Of a DNA stretch of 64,000 bases, positions 52,849 through 63,011 are shown one piece after another. Each line of letters begins with the position of its first letter. Position 1 is the stretch's first letter. The notes beneath the pieces were generated by a model. That model ran no database searches. It had not been told where the DNA came from and saw only the letters and a program-made list of their open reading frames with translations. The position numbers were made by a program, and so were the translations under genes. Where the stretch lies: contig BDGG01000001.1 of NCBI GenBank assembly GCA_001949185.1, positions 124,001 through 188,000 on the forward strand, given 5' to 3'. Source of the stretch: Ramazzottius varieornatus. Lineage: Eukaryota > Animalia > Tardigrada.

Positions 52849-53571
52849 GTCGGAATATGACGGAAGAGAGACAGATACCACAAAACAAGTTGTTTTCTAC
52901 GGTTATTCAAGGTTCAAAATTCGTAGGTGACAATCAATCTAGGGCCAGATACTGCAGAATGTTTCGATTATTTACAAAAGTCTTGCAGGATAAAGGTGAC
53001 CCTTTTTACCGCGCTGCACGAGGGCATCTAATTCTCCTTGGCATCCGAGTGTTTATATGTGTGAAACGGAACTGAGAGAAATTGCTCACCCACATCACTA
53101 TCTCAAGCAGTGCACGTCTTCATCGTTGATAGGTACCTTGCGCGCCAGCCAGAATCTCACGACGAACGTTCAAATCTCACGTTGAACGGTGAGTCATCTT
53201 CGAGCGTGACGTAAGTTACGTTGAGCGCGCTTCGTGACGGTGGCAAAATAACGACGAAGGCCCTGTTCGTTCGTTCGTGACGGTCAAATTTCACGACGCC
53301 GACTGCTCCGCGAATATTCAACTGTCTAAATTTCTCCCGTTCAGCAGTACAGCTCCGTGTACATACAGCACTCACGACCCGGGGCAAAGCCGAACGTTGC
53401 CCCAACTTATTTAATTTCTTAATCGGTTATTTTACACCGTTCGTCGTGTTTTTCTCGCAAAAGCCAAATTTAAATTTTACGTCGGGGAGAACCGTGAATT
53501 TCTCTAACGTGAAATTCCGCCGCTCGTAGCGAAATTCTGGCTGGCGCGCAAGGTCCCTTATAGTCGGGTAC

Positions 53572-53670
53572 GTGCGCCATCCAGAAAAATGCTCTTGGCG
53601 AGTTCGTGTGTTTCCAGCAAGTGGCGCACGCTTTCAGGGTTGTTGGCCGAACGCATGCGCCACTTGGGAA
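53572..53670. repeat. 81-bp palindromic repeat family, 1.5 units
   Basis: CAGCAAGTGGCGCAC-N25-ATGCGCCACTTGGGA (53615-53669), preceded by a lone right arm 83 bp earlier. Confidence 0.75.
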
Positions 53671-53788
53671 AATCATTTGGCTAAAGTCGTTTGCAGGCTT
53701 ATCAATTTGCTTGAAAAAGAAACTCAAGACAACAAAATTTTTGAGAAAGAACAGAGGGATAACATCAGATGACAAGAACGTGATAAAA

Positions 53789-55653
53789 TCATCGAGGGTC
53801 ACGTTGGAACTGGTCGAAAAATTCTTCGGTAGGATTGGCTCGACCATAAACTGCCTTGGCGATCTCTTCCCTTTCCTGATCTTCCAGCACTTGTTTGCGA
53901 TTAGCTTCGTCCATTCCTGCCCTAAGCAAAGCTCGTTCGGCTTTGAGCTTTTCCATCTGCGCTTCATACTCCACGCCCATGCTGCGGAAGTAATTGTCCC
54001 AGGTGTAGCCCTCCGCCCTTTCCTGGTTCTTGGCAATCTCTCTGTCGTGCTTTTGTCGCTCCCACATCTCGTAAATCTTTTTCTTCTCTTCGGGCGAGAT
54101 ACCCTTTCTGTCCCGTGGGTTCGTCGGATGCTCGTTCAGCAGGTCGCTGTTCATCGTGTTATTGATGTGGACCTTCTTGTCTTGGTTTTCTAATTCGCGA
54201 AGCCTGCGTTTACCCTCTTCCTGGTTCACAGCCTGAACGGGCAAAAATGTGCAGAGTCCACTCAAAGACAGTCAGATTCATGGTACACGTACGATAGGAA
54301 ATTATGGGATAGGCCTTTACATACGTACGTGACTGATTTACGCACTTTCCGACAGTTTTCTACGGTCGACTTCCCATTTAGCAGTCCTTTCCGCCTGTCT
54401 CATAATTTTCACCGAACTATATTTCTGCTTAATGCTTCATGTGTGTTCGACAAGATACTTTTTGAATTACTAAAATTGGACGACGGGTTCGGGAGATACA
54501 AGGAGGTAAATAATGGCCATGGTTGCCCATGACCAATGACGGTGACTGTACGAACGCGTGTATTGCTTACCAGTGATTCGTTGTAGTGGGAGACAGCCTT
54601 GTTCATCGCATGCTTCAAGTCCTTCGTGGCGTCCTCCCGTCCTCTCATCTTGGCTTCCTTGGCCATCGATTCTTTATGTGCGATATTATCCAAATGCCGT
54701 TCAAAGTCCTTTTTGGCCGCTTCCTCCCACATTTGTCTTTGCAAGTCATCCCTCTGCTTGTTGATGCTGTTCTTGATGTCCTCCGGCTGGCGAATCTTGT
54801 CGCTGTCGAACCTGCAAAGTCAATGAATGGTCAACTGCCGTTGACCGGTGTGCAAAGTTGGTATTACGTCAGGATACTTGATGGTCCGTAGATGGAGTAG
54901 TCGCCACTGGCGCCAACGGGAAGAAATGACTTGGAAGCGTTGGGATCGTTCAAGTCGTATGTGGAGGAATCTTCCTTGCGTTGGAAGTACCGTCTGTAAC
55001 CATCCACCTCGTGCGCCAGAGCCTTCTTTACTTCCTTCTGTTGCGCGTCGATCAATTGATGAGCTATTGCCTGTCGACATGTGGCTTGGTCTGGAAGTAA
55101 ACGCTAAAATTTTGGGATGAGTTTCTGAATTTGAACTTTTAGAACCCAAAACCTAGAACTTGTCGAATTTTGAAATTTCGAAAGCTTAAAAATCCGAATG
55201 TGAATTTAAATTTGACTTTTGAAAACTATGTACTGCGAACTTACCAAATGTAAGATCGCGCATCTTCTCGGCCATTTCTTGCGCCTTTCTGACATGAACC
55301 TGCCGTTGCAGATCTTCCACATGATACTGCAGAGGAACACAAAATTAGGAGTTTAGCTTTTGGAAACACTCAAATGGACAGATCAAAGCGAAAAGGTTTG
55401 ACTGCTGGGCTAGCAATGATTTATGCCAATAAAGGCGGATATGCCGACTGTCAGACTGCACGATGTTTCCAAATGTCCTGGAGTGTGGGCAGTTTTCTGT
55501 GTGGCACTGAAAAAGGTAGTGACTGTTCTGTACCGCTTGTTTGGATGCATCAGCGTCAAATATCTTTCTTCCGCGCTCTTCCAAGGTCTGACGCTTCCGT
55601 GTCAGCCTATCATGCAGCGCGGTATCGATTGGCAGTTTCGTAAAATAGCTCAT
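53789..55653 (-). CDS. RIB43A-like coiled-coil protein (RIBC1/2 family, axonemal microtubule inner protein)
   Basis: Five exons: KLPID...R..LEERGRKIFDA; LQRQV; YDLNDPNA...LP...YGPSS; SDLLNEHP...DRKGISPEE; C-terminal NPTEEFFDQFQRDPR*, the family-typical ending. Confidence 0.88.
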
Positions 55654-55795
55654 GATTTTTCGGTCAAATAACAAACGACAAAATTTCACTAAGAATGTGG
55701 ATACCGTGATCTAAGTAATAATCAGACGAATATGTTTCCAAGGGGATCCAAGAATCTCCACGCCGTTATTACCTGCTCGATGAGACACAGTTAAC
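55654..55795. promoter_or_regulatory. Bidirectional promoter with X-box-like motif
   Basis: Only 142 bp separate the divergent ATGs. GTTTCCAAGGGGAT at 55734-55747 resembles an imperfect RFX X-box. Confidence 0.45.
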
Positions 55796-58700
55796 ATGAC
55801 TTGGATCTGGCACAAAAATCCCTACGCATATCACGTGAGTCATTTCTTCTTCAATTTATTTTTTCCAATCAAACGTCATTTTTTCGCGGAAAATATGTTC
55901 AAGGGCAAATTTATTTCAGCTCATCAAATTGTACGATGAGGGCGTGGCAGGACATTCGGCCGTGGCTATTCCGTATTACCGACCCGATGATGCTCCTGGA
56001 AAGCTATCACCGAAGATTAATCGTCCGGAAAGTGGGCGTATTTTAAGCTATGACGAACGAGAAGCTAGCTGCGTCTTTGTCAAATGCTGGGAGATTGGCG
56101 GGAGTATTCAGTACTTGTCCATCGTCAAGGATCTGTTGATGCTGTACACCTACAACGCTCCTCCAACATTCGTGCTGTACACTGACCTCTTCTGCAACTA
56201 CAACGTCACTGTAAGGTACAAAAGCACACGTTAAGAGAAGTTAGTCGTTTACGTGGGAAGGCGGAACATGAATTCGACCAGACGTTTTCCCAAGTGGCGC
56301 ACGTATCCAGGTACTAACACTGACAACGTGCGTCACTTAGGGAAATTAGTTTCCACAAGGTTATTATCGTAAGTGGCGCCCGCGCTCAGCTAAAAACAGC
56401 GAAACAGTGCGTTGCTTGATAACGCCGATATGGGGGAAATCATCTACCGACGTTTCACGTATGAACAGTTCGAAACTTTCAACTTTGGGTATCTACGATC
56501 AATTGGCTTTGGGTGTCCCGTAGAATAATGGTATGCAAGTATTTTCTGTGCGGCATTTCTTCGAGCATGGGACGTTGTGGGATCATCTGCAGTGGATGGG
56601 TACCCGTGGGATCCCTTACAGCACGGTCCTGCTGGACAGGTGGCTGATTCAGCTTCTGACTACGATCGACTGGGCGCACTCCAACCAGTTGGTATTAGTG
56701 TGAGTTTGGCATACCCGCGATGGAACTGTAGAAAAATGACTGAATTGAGTGATCGTATGGTTGCTACCTGCTTGTAGAAACCTGTCGTTGAAAAATATCT
56801 GCCTGACCGATGACGGTATGGACCTGCGCGTCGTGGACTTTTTGCCTGCCGGCATGGTCAAGGAAGTCCTGAACGGATTGTCTTCGCCGCTAAAATGCCC
56901 GAAAGGTTCTGCTGGCTTGTGTTTGTAGAAGACGTTTTCGAACAAAGTCACCGTGCTGCGGCATTTCTTCAATCTGGTCTTTTTTAAAATGATTTAGCTG
57001 GACGTGTCTGCCTTGCAAACAAAATCGAGAATTCATACCGAGTATCTAGATGTCATGGCTTTTATCATGAGAATGAGTCTACCGATTTCAAAATAGCTCA
57101 AAAAGAGGGCAGATGGAACTAAATGTGAGATTAGAAAGGGTTAAGAAACCGGAGGTAGATCTACAGCGATGCCACCACCTCCAGTAAAATTCTTCTGGAA
57201 CAAACCTTCGAAGAAGATTTCTTAGAATTTTGGTAAGTGGCTCTTTTGGCTCAGTGGTTCATATATCTAGGGATTTCACTAACATTCCATTTCAGCTGAT
57301 TTTTGATTGCTAGATGCAAGGATTTTGCCCCACAGGCGGCTGAAGGTTCAAACCTAACTGAAGCTCAAGTTTTTTGCCAGATTTCCCGTCGTTTTGCGCG
57401 TTCTGGTAGGCTCTCCATTTTTTATTAGAAAGAGCTAGCGCGAGCCAGTAGCAGCTGAGCTTGTGCGGGGCGCGAACTTCCTCGGTGAGAGCCAATCGCT
57501 TCCGGTAAAACGATCCGTCTCTTACTGCGTATTTGAAAGAGGAAAAGCTACTAGCCAAATCTCTTTTTCGGCTCTTTTCGCGCTCCCACATTTATCTACG
57601 GGAATACTCTGTAAATATTTGCTGCATCCGCGCAGTACGTACTCGTACGTAACGATGCACCCCCGTAGGGGGTTGCGCAATCCGTGAAACTGGACTGGGG
57701 CTGCACTTCACTTGTACGACGACGTACTGCGCGGACGCAGCGAATACAGTAACTTTTTTTCATACGAGTATGTTAATACCATGACTAGTTCGGTCGAGAC
57801 TTCATCACCGCAGCCCATACCACCGTCATTGTCAGTTGGCCGTTTTCTCCTACAGATGATCATATGCTGACACTCTTCAAACCCGAAAAATGGACTTCGG
57901 TCAACGACTTTGAGGCTGCCGCCTTCGTGTTGTTCCAACTCAGTCTGGTCGGCCACACAGACTACCAGCGCGTCAAGATCCTGGCCCACCCCTACTGTGT
58001 TCGGGAACACTGGTCGGAGCTCATGACAGCAGTGTCGGAGGTCCACGGTACATTATGGATGCACACATTGGACAGGCTGGTGGGCGAAGAGCACGCCGAG
58101 CAGCGGGAAGACTTTGCCAAGGAGCTGCTATCGAGGATTAAATACGCGCTGCAACACCCCATGATCAACATGGAATTGTGGGAAAGCGGCACGAATTTCA
58201 ACAACGACCAGGACGATGTCGATAAATGCCAGCCCGAACCACCTGTTCAACCGCAGCATAATCAGCCGGAGAGCAGTGTACTGGTCAGCTTCTTGGAACA
58301 AGCTTTTGAGTTTTTCCAGCACAACAGTCAAGGTAAGGCCTCGGGTGTAAAAAATCTAACAAAACAACGTTCGTTACGGCCAGAAAGTCTAGATTCAAAT
58401 GCGCCACAGGCACGACGAGAAAGTATGGGCCAATAAAAATTATTGACCACTTAAGCCTGCTTGCACAGACAGCGTTACGCCATCGTACACACTGGCTTGA
58501 TACGGCCAACGTACTGTATTCCCTCGATAGTTCTGCGAATCACGTGACTGTTCCGGTAAATATTACCCGGCGAGGATAGAAAATATTCATGCATTCAATC
58601 AAAGATTGCTCGCCAGTCAAGTAGAGTGACCGGCGACAGTCACACAAGCAGTGATATCACTGCGGGTGTAATATACTGTCCTGATGACGTAGTTCGCAGA

Positions 58701-60302
58701 ACTATCGAGGGAATACGGTACATACAAACGCTACTATTTCCGCTAGGTCATTGACCACTAAGAGTGGCTACACAAAACCGAAATTCGAACGTAGGGAACT
58801 TTCCTATTGCGTCTGGATGTCCATCTTGTCGTGTTTTCTGCCTGGTCCATAATTTGGACTGTCCCATAATTTCTCGTCGTGAATGAATTCTGAATCGCTT
58901 TTTTGAACGATATGGGTGGTAGATTGTCACTCTTCTTCTACGTAGCTTTCGTACTAGAGGTGATAATCCTAAACCCTCCGCATGGTGTACACTTATCTGT
59001 CTTTCTAAATACTGTACAATACTGTTTTTTGAATGTTAGGGGACTTTGCGAGGATCTGCCACAGCATGCTAAAATTAGTGCCGACGGACCAGCAAGCAGC
59101 GTTCAACTCGCATCACCTGGTCATGTTCGCAGAGATGTTCGACAAACAAACAGACAGCGACCGCGGTGTGGCGCACAGCCTGGCTACAGTGCTAGCCGGC
59201 TTGCTTTATGCCGGTAAATTAATATCCTCCCCAGTAATGTCACATCACCTTCACTTCTGTTTCCAACGTTGGTCTGCGTTCTCAGATGACGTGGATAAGC
59301 TAGCCTGTGCAGGCAACTTTGGTCCAAAGCTGATTCGTTTCCTGGACAAGCACCTTCAGGCACCCGACCTTCTGTGCATGCTGGCCACAGCCCTTTCCCA
59401 AATTCCTCTGTACATGTCTCGGGTCGGCTGTCTGACTCAACAACTGACCGACGTACCCGCCTTGTTCCGTTGTGCCTTCGCCCATTTCTGGGAATGGCCC
59501 ACCTTGATGCCGCTTGTCATGTGTATACTGCAGGCTGTATCAAGTAAGTATGAAAACCTTCTGTGTGACGTATTTGCGGTTCCGCCCATTGGACCGCCTT
59601 CTCGAGCCATTCCACCAGTAATAATTCAACGCTCACTGTTTACTAGTGCTTAATGGGCTGAAGAAACTGCTCGGGAGTCGGGACTCCAGAGTGATCTTCA
59701 GGCTTGATTGATTAATTGATACTCCCGATAAACAGATTCCTTTTTAGCTATGCCAGTGACGGATGTGGCAAGAACGCCGCTGGTGCCGCTGCTCATGTTG
59801 ACCATCCACTGTCACGTGGATTTCCCCTGTGAAATCAACTTGGCTCTACGGATGCTGCGTCGCTTGATACAGAAGAGCGACCTGGGCGCTTGTATGGTTA
59901 TTCGTTTCCCAGTGGGAGGTGCTTTGTACAGCCCGGTGGACACGTTTCTTCGGATACTGGAACTCCACGGGAACAAGAACAGCCTTCGAAGGGAGATCGC
60001 GCTCATCACTGTCCGACTTTGGTCGACCGAGCGGTTCTTCGCCATTCTGATGCAAGATGGCTGGCTGAAGATATTCGCGGCGCTGATGTCGGCATCCCGT
60101 CAACAAAAGGTAATCCATATTCTGTCGGAAACCTCTCTACAAACCAGTTTACGGGAATCTGCAGTAAATGCAATTTCTACAGGGCATCACGAAGCTGCTG
60201 AAGCAGTGCTTGGCTGATCGTAACTTGGTCATCATCGACAATAAAATCTACCGGATTTCAAAAGAGCCGTTCATCAAGTCGGCTGAATATTTCGATTCGT
60301 AA
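55796..60302 (+). CDS. STKLD1: STKLD1/SgK071-like pseudokinase with C-terminal helical (ARM-like) region
   Basis: Multi-exon: YHLIKLYDEGVAG (G-loop), VFVKC, VLYTDLFCNYN, FFEHGTLWD, WLIQLL...WAH, LVNLSLKNICL (catalytic loop without HRD), LRVVDF, WTSVNDFE, then Leu-rich helical repeats (59040-60302). Orthology is inferred from architecture. Confidence 0.7.
56272..56421. repeat. 81-bp palindromic repeat family, 2 units (kinase intron)
   Basis: TCCCAAGTGGCGCAC-N25-GTGCGTCACTTAGGG (56288-56342) and 56367-56421, also N25. Confidence 0.8.
57609..57749. mobile_element. MITE, second copy of the 18151 family
   Basis: Reverse complement aligns end to end with 18151-18295. Confidence 0.8.
58514..58718. 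mobile_element. Pogo/mariner-type MITE with TA TSD
   Basis: TA|CTGTATTCCCTCGATAGTTCTGCGAA ... TTCGCAGAACTATCGAGGGAATACGG|TA (26-bp TIR, 1 mismatch), intronic. Confidence 0.88.
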
Positions 60303-60497
60303 AGTCTGAGACGCAGCTGTGAGGTACTATGATTGTAGGAAAATAGCCCGTAGCAGCCGAGCAACAATTCGAAACCAGTGTCGACTTCGCGAGACATGTC
60401 CCTCTCATGCGATCTTCCCTAACGTGTGCGTTGCGCGTTTGGTGCTTTATTAGCCGCTCTCAAAATAGAAAAGTGGCATAAATCCGTTACCGGTACA

Positions 60498-61277
60498 ATG
60501 AACAAGTTAAGACATGCTTCCCATGTTATTACAATCTTATTTATGATAAACTGGGTACGATCAGAGATGCCCCCTGTCTTTTCTGGGGAAAAACTTCACG
60601 GTGTCCTCAACACCACAGCCAACACCTCCGATGCCCGTTCCCACGAGTTCAGCCCATGGTCACCTTGCACGGCTACCTGTGCGCCATCCTACCGGGTCCG
60701 TAGGCTTCTCGACTGTCCTCCTGGTCCCGACGAGCGTTGCTCCGAAGTTATGCCATGTAACACCACCCTCCCCGAGTGCGGAAGTGACAGCTACCCGGGC
60801 ATCGATGTCTATCTCAAGGTAGGCGACACTGAGAACTTCACCTGCCCCGCTCATCCACGCGAACCGGCTCTCCGCCCCGTCTGGTACCACTGGTCGAACG
60901 ACGCATGGGCGCAGTTCTACTCATCCGAAGATCAGCGCATCCTCATTCGAGACCATACCCACTTGCTGGAGCTGCGAAGTGCCACTGAGACAGACCAAGG
61001 CTCGTATAAATGTGTACTGAGGTATCCGGATGGGAAAGTGAAGGCGGCGTATTATTACCATATCAAAGTCTCTCGGCATTTTACGCTGTTGTTTGAGATA
61101 TTAATGGGCGTGGCAGCGGTTGTTCTGTTAGCCTTGATTGCATTGATTGTGTACAGTTACTGTTTGCCAAATTCGAAAGGTACCCTACCGTGTTTTACGA
61201 AAAAGGAACCAGCGAAGACACCGTCTGAAACTAATTATACTTTACTGAGCGAAAACCCGGAAACCGTGATAAAATGA
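60498..61277 (+). CDS. Intronless type-I membrane protein: signal peptide, 6-Cys TSP1-like hairpin, single Ig domain, TM (TMEM81/SPACA1-like), 259 aa
   Basis: Signal MNKLRHASHVITILFMINWVRS; WSPCTATC..YR...CPPGPDERC...C...CG; Ig cysteines FTC...W...DQGSYKC; TM LLFEILMGVAAVVLLALIALIVYSYC; short cytoplasmic tail. Confidence 0.85.
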   Translation: MNKLRHASHVITILFMINWVRSEMPPVFSGEKLHGVLNTTANTSDARSHEFSPWSPCTATCAPSYRVRRLLDCPPGPDERCSEVMPCNTTLPECGSDSYPGIDVYLKVGDTENFTCPAHPREPALRPVWYHWSNDAWAQFYSSEDQRILIRDHTHLLELRSATETDQGSYKCVLRYPDGKVKAAYYYHIKVSRHFTLLFEILMGVAAVVLLALIALIVYSYCLPNSKGTLPCFTKKEPAKTPSETNYTLLSENPETVIK

Positions 61278-61482
61278 CTGACAATCAACAATCAATGTGT
61301 ACCACTAACAACAACAAACTCGAGAACGGAGTATAACACAAGAAAAACATAACGAGAACTAGTAGAACAAAAATCAACATAAAAACAGGTAGTATACCAA
61401 AACAAACAGAAATCCAACACGCACACAACGATAACAGCTTCCAAGAAGAACAAATAAAAGATAAAAATGAAAGAACGCATTT

Positions 61483-63011
61483 TCATGGTCCGTATAAGTC
61501 TTGTGGTTCGAGTACGATAACAATTTTCTGCAAGCTCTCCACAGTAAAAATGGTCTTCTCCAGCTCATTCAACGTCTTCTCCAAAGCAGTCTTCCGTTTG
61601 ATCTTGGTCTGGTTGTCCAACACGACGGATAGAGCTTGGAATTCGTGCATGGCTTCGTCAAAGTTGTACTTTAGTTTCCGAAGAATGTCGGCGCGTTCTT
61701 CTTCCGTCAACCACCGGTACTTGGACTGATGCGCCAGTAACTCGGCTCCACGAGCTGCGGACAGTTGGGCTCTGTGCCGGTCGATGGCCGATTTTTCATA
61801 TCTCTTGATATACTTCGGGACAATACCAAAACTCTACAAGAAAGAATATTTTTACCATAAATCGATTGAGTAAGATCGGAAAGGATTTCGACCAGATTGC
61901 TGTTACCAGTGGCGCATGCATTCAGCCGACAGCGCAGAAAGGGTGCGCCTCTCGAGATATCAAATAAACTCGACAAGATCGGATTCTGAGTGGCGCACGC
62001 TCTCAGCTAATCCTAAACAGAGCGTGCGTCATTTGGCAAAACGATCTGGAGAAATCATTTCCAAGCACCCAGATATTCACTCGGACTCTTCTCACTTTCT
62101 TCAGTACGAATTCATTCGCCAATCCGGATTTGGCGTCGAGTATGACTGTATCGCCATGTCGGGTGTCCACAAATTTGGGTATTGGCTCCTTGGTTTGGAT
62201 GCTCAGGACCTTCATCTTGGTTTTGGCTACCATGTCCCGACTGAGGGGAAGTCTATAGGTCGGTTTCCAGTCAGGTTTCTTCGGAATCGATTCCCGAAGC
62301 TCCACACAAGGATCGAAAGGCTTCGCTGCAAATGTGTAGTTATCAAGACATGGGTGGTTAAGGAACTACCAAAAAATTACCTGGCGGAGGACACGGCTCT
62401 ACTCGGGGACGTTTATGCAGAAACTCGGTGGGTCCCGCCAGCGGTGTATGCGCATAACCGAACGTCCTCCGAGGTCTTTTTGCGTCGCGCAGTTCTTTCT
62501 TCACAGCGTCGGAAAACTGGCAAACATGTCTGTGAATGTGGAAAAATGATGTCACTGTTTCTAATATCGCTAGATAATCGTCGCAGATGTTCACCTTGGC
62601 GGTCGAATAACCTCCGACTGGATCGCCGGGCGTAAGTTGTAGACGGATTCGGTAAAGAATTCTCCGTAATTTTTGACAGGGGGTTTCGGACCATACGATG
62701 TGAACATTGTTGACGTAACTTTTGGAATGAGACAATCTTCGCCTGTGGAAACTAATTATAAGTTGGCAAAATCGAGTAAGCTGTTTTTCGTACGAAGAGA
62801 CGTTTTTAGAATTTTCGACAGTCTTAACTGGATGGAGTAACTAAGCAGCATCCAAGTCCCAGTAAGCAGGGTTCGTCCCAGCTCGTCCAGCTGTCAAATA
62901 AGCTTTAGTGTTTATAGAATGACGATTTTATCGTAATTACCTGTAACAGCCTGTAACATAATTACCTGTAAAACAGTCTGGATATTGTCGACAGTACTGA
63001 CTGCGGATCAT
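61483..63011 (-). CDS. ENKUR: Enkurin
   Basis: Spliced peptides ESVYNLRP...RPPRHVCQFSDAVK...RTFG...PTEFLHK; FVDTRHGD...SGL...FVLKK|SFGIVPKYI; LTEEERADILRKLK...FQALSVVLD...KRKTALEKTLNELEKTI. Start at 63011 (or 62707) is uncertain. Confidence 0.92.
61885..62038. repeat. 81-bp palindromic repeat family, 2 units (enkurin intron)
   Basis: Units 61903-61957 and 61984-62038, both N25, period 81, linker aaactcgacaagatcg. Confidence 0.8.

Noticed and set aside
31490-62038. CRISPR-like reading of the arm/spacer repeats
   Set aside because: Eukaryotic intronic context, arms are inverted rather than direct identical repeats, spacers are partly homologous, arrays have only 1-3 units, and no cas genes are present.
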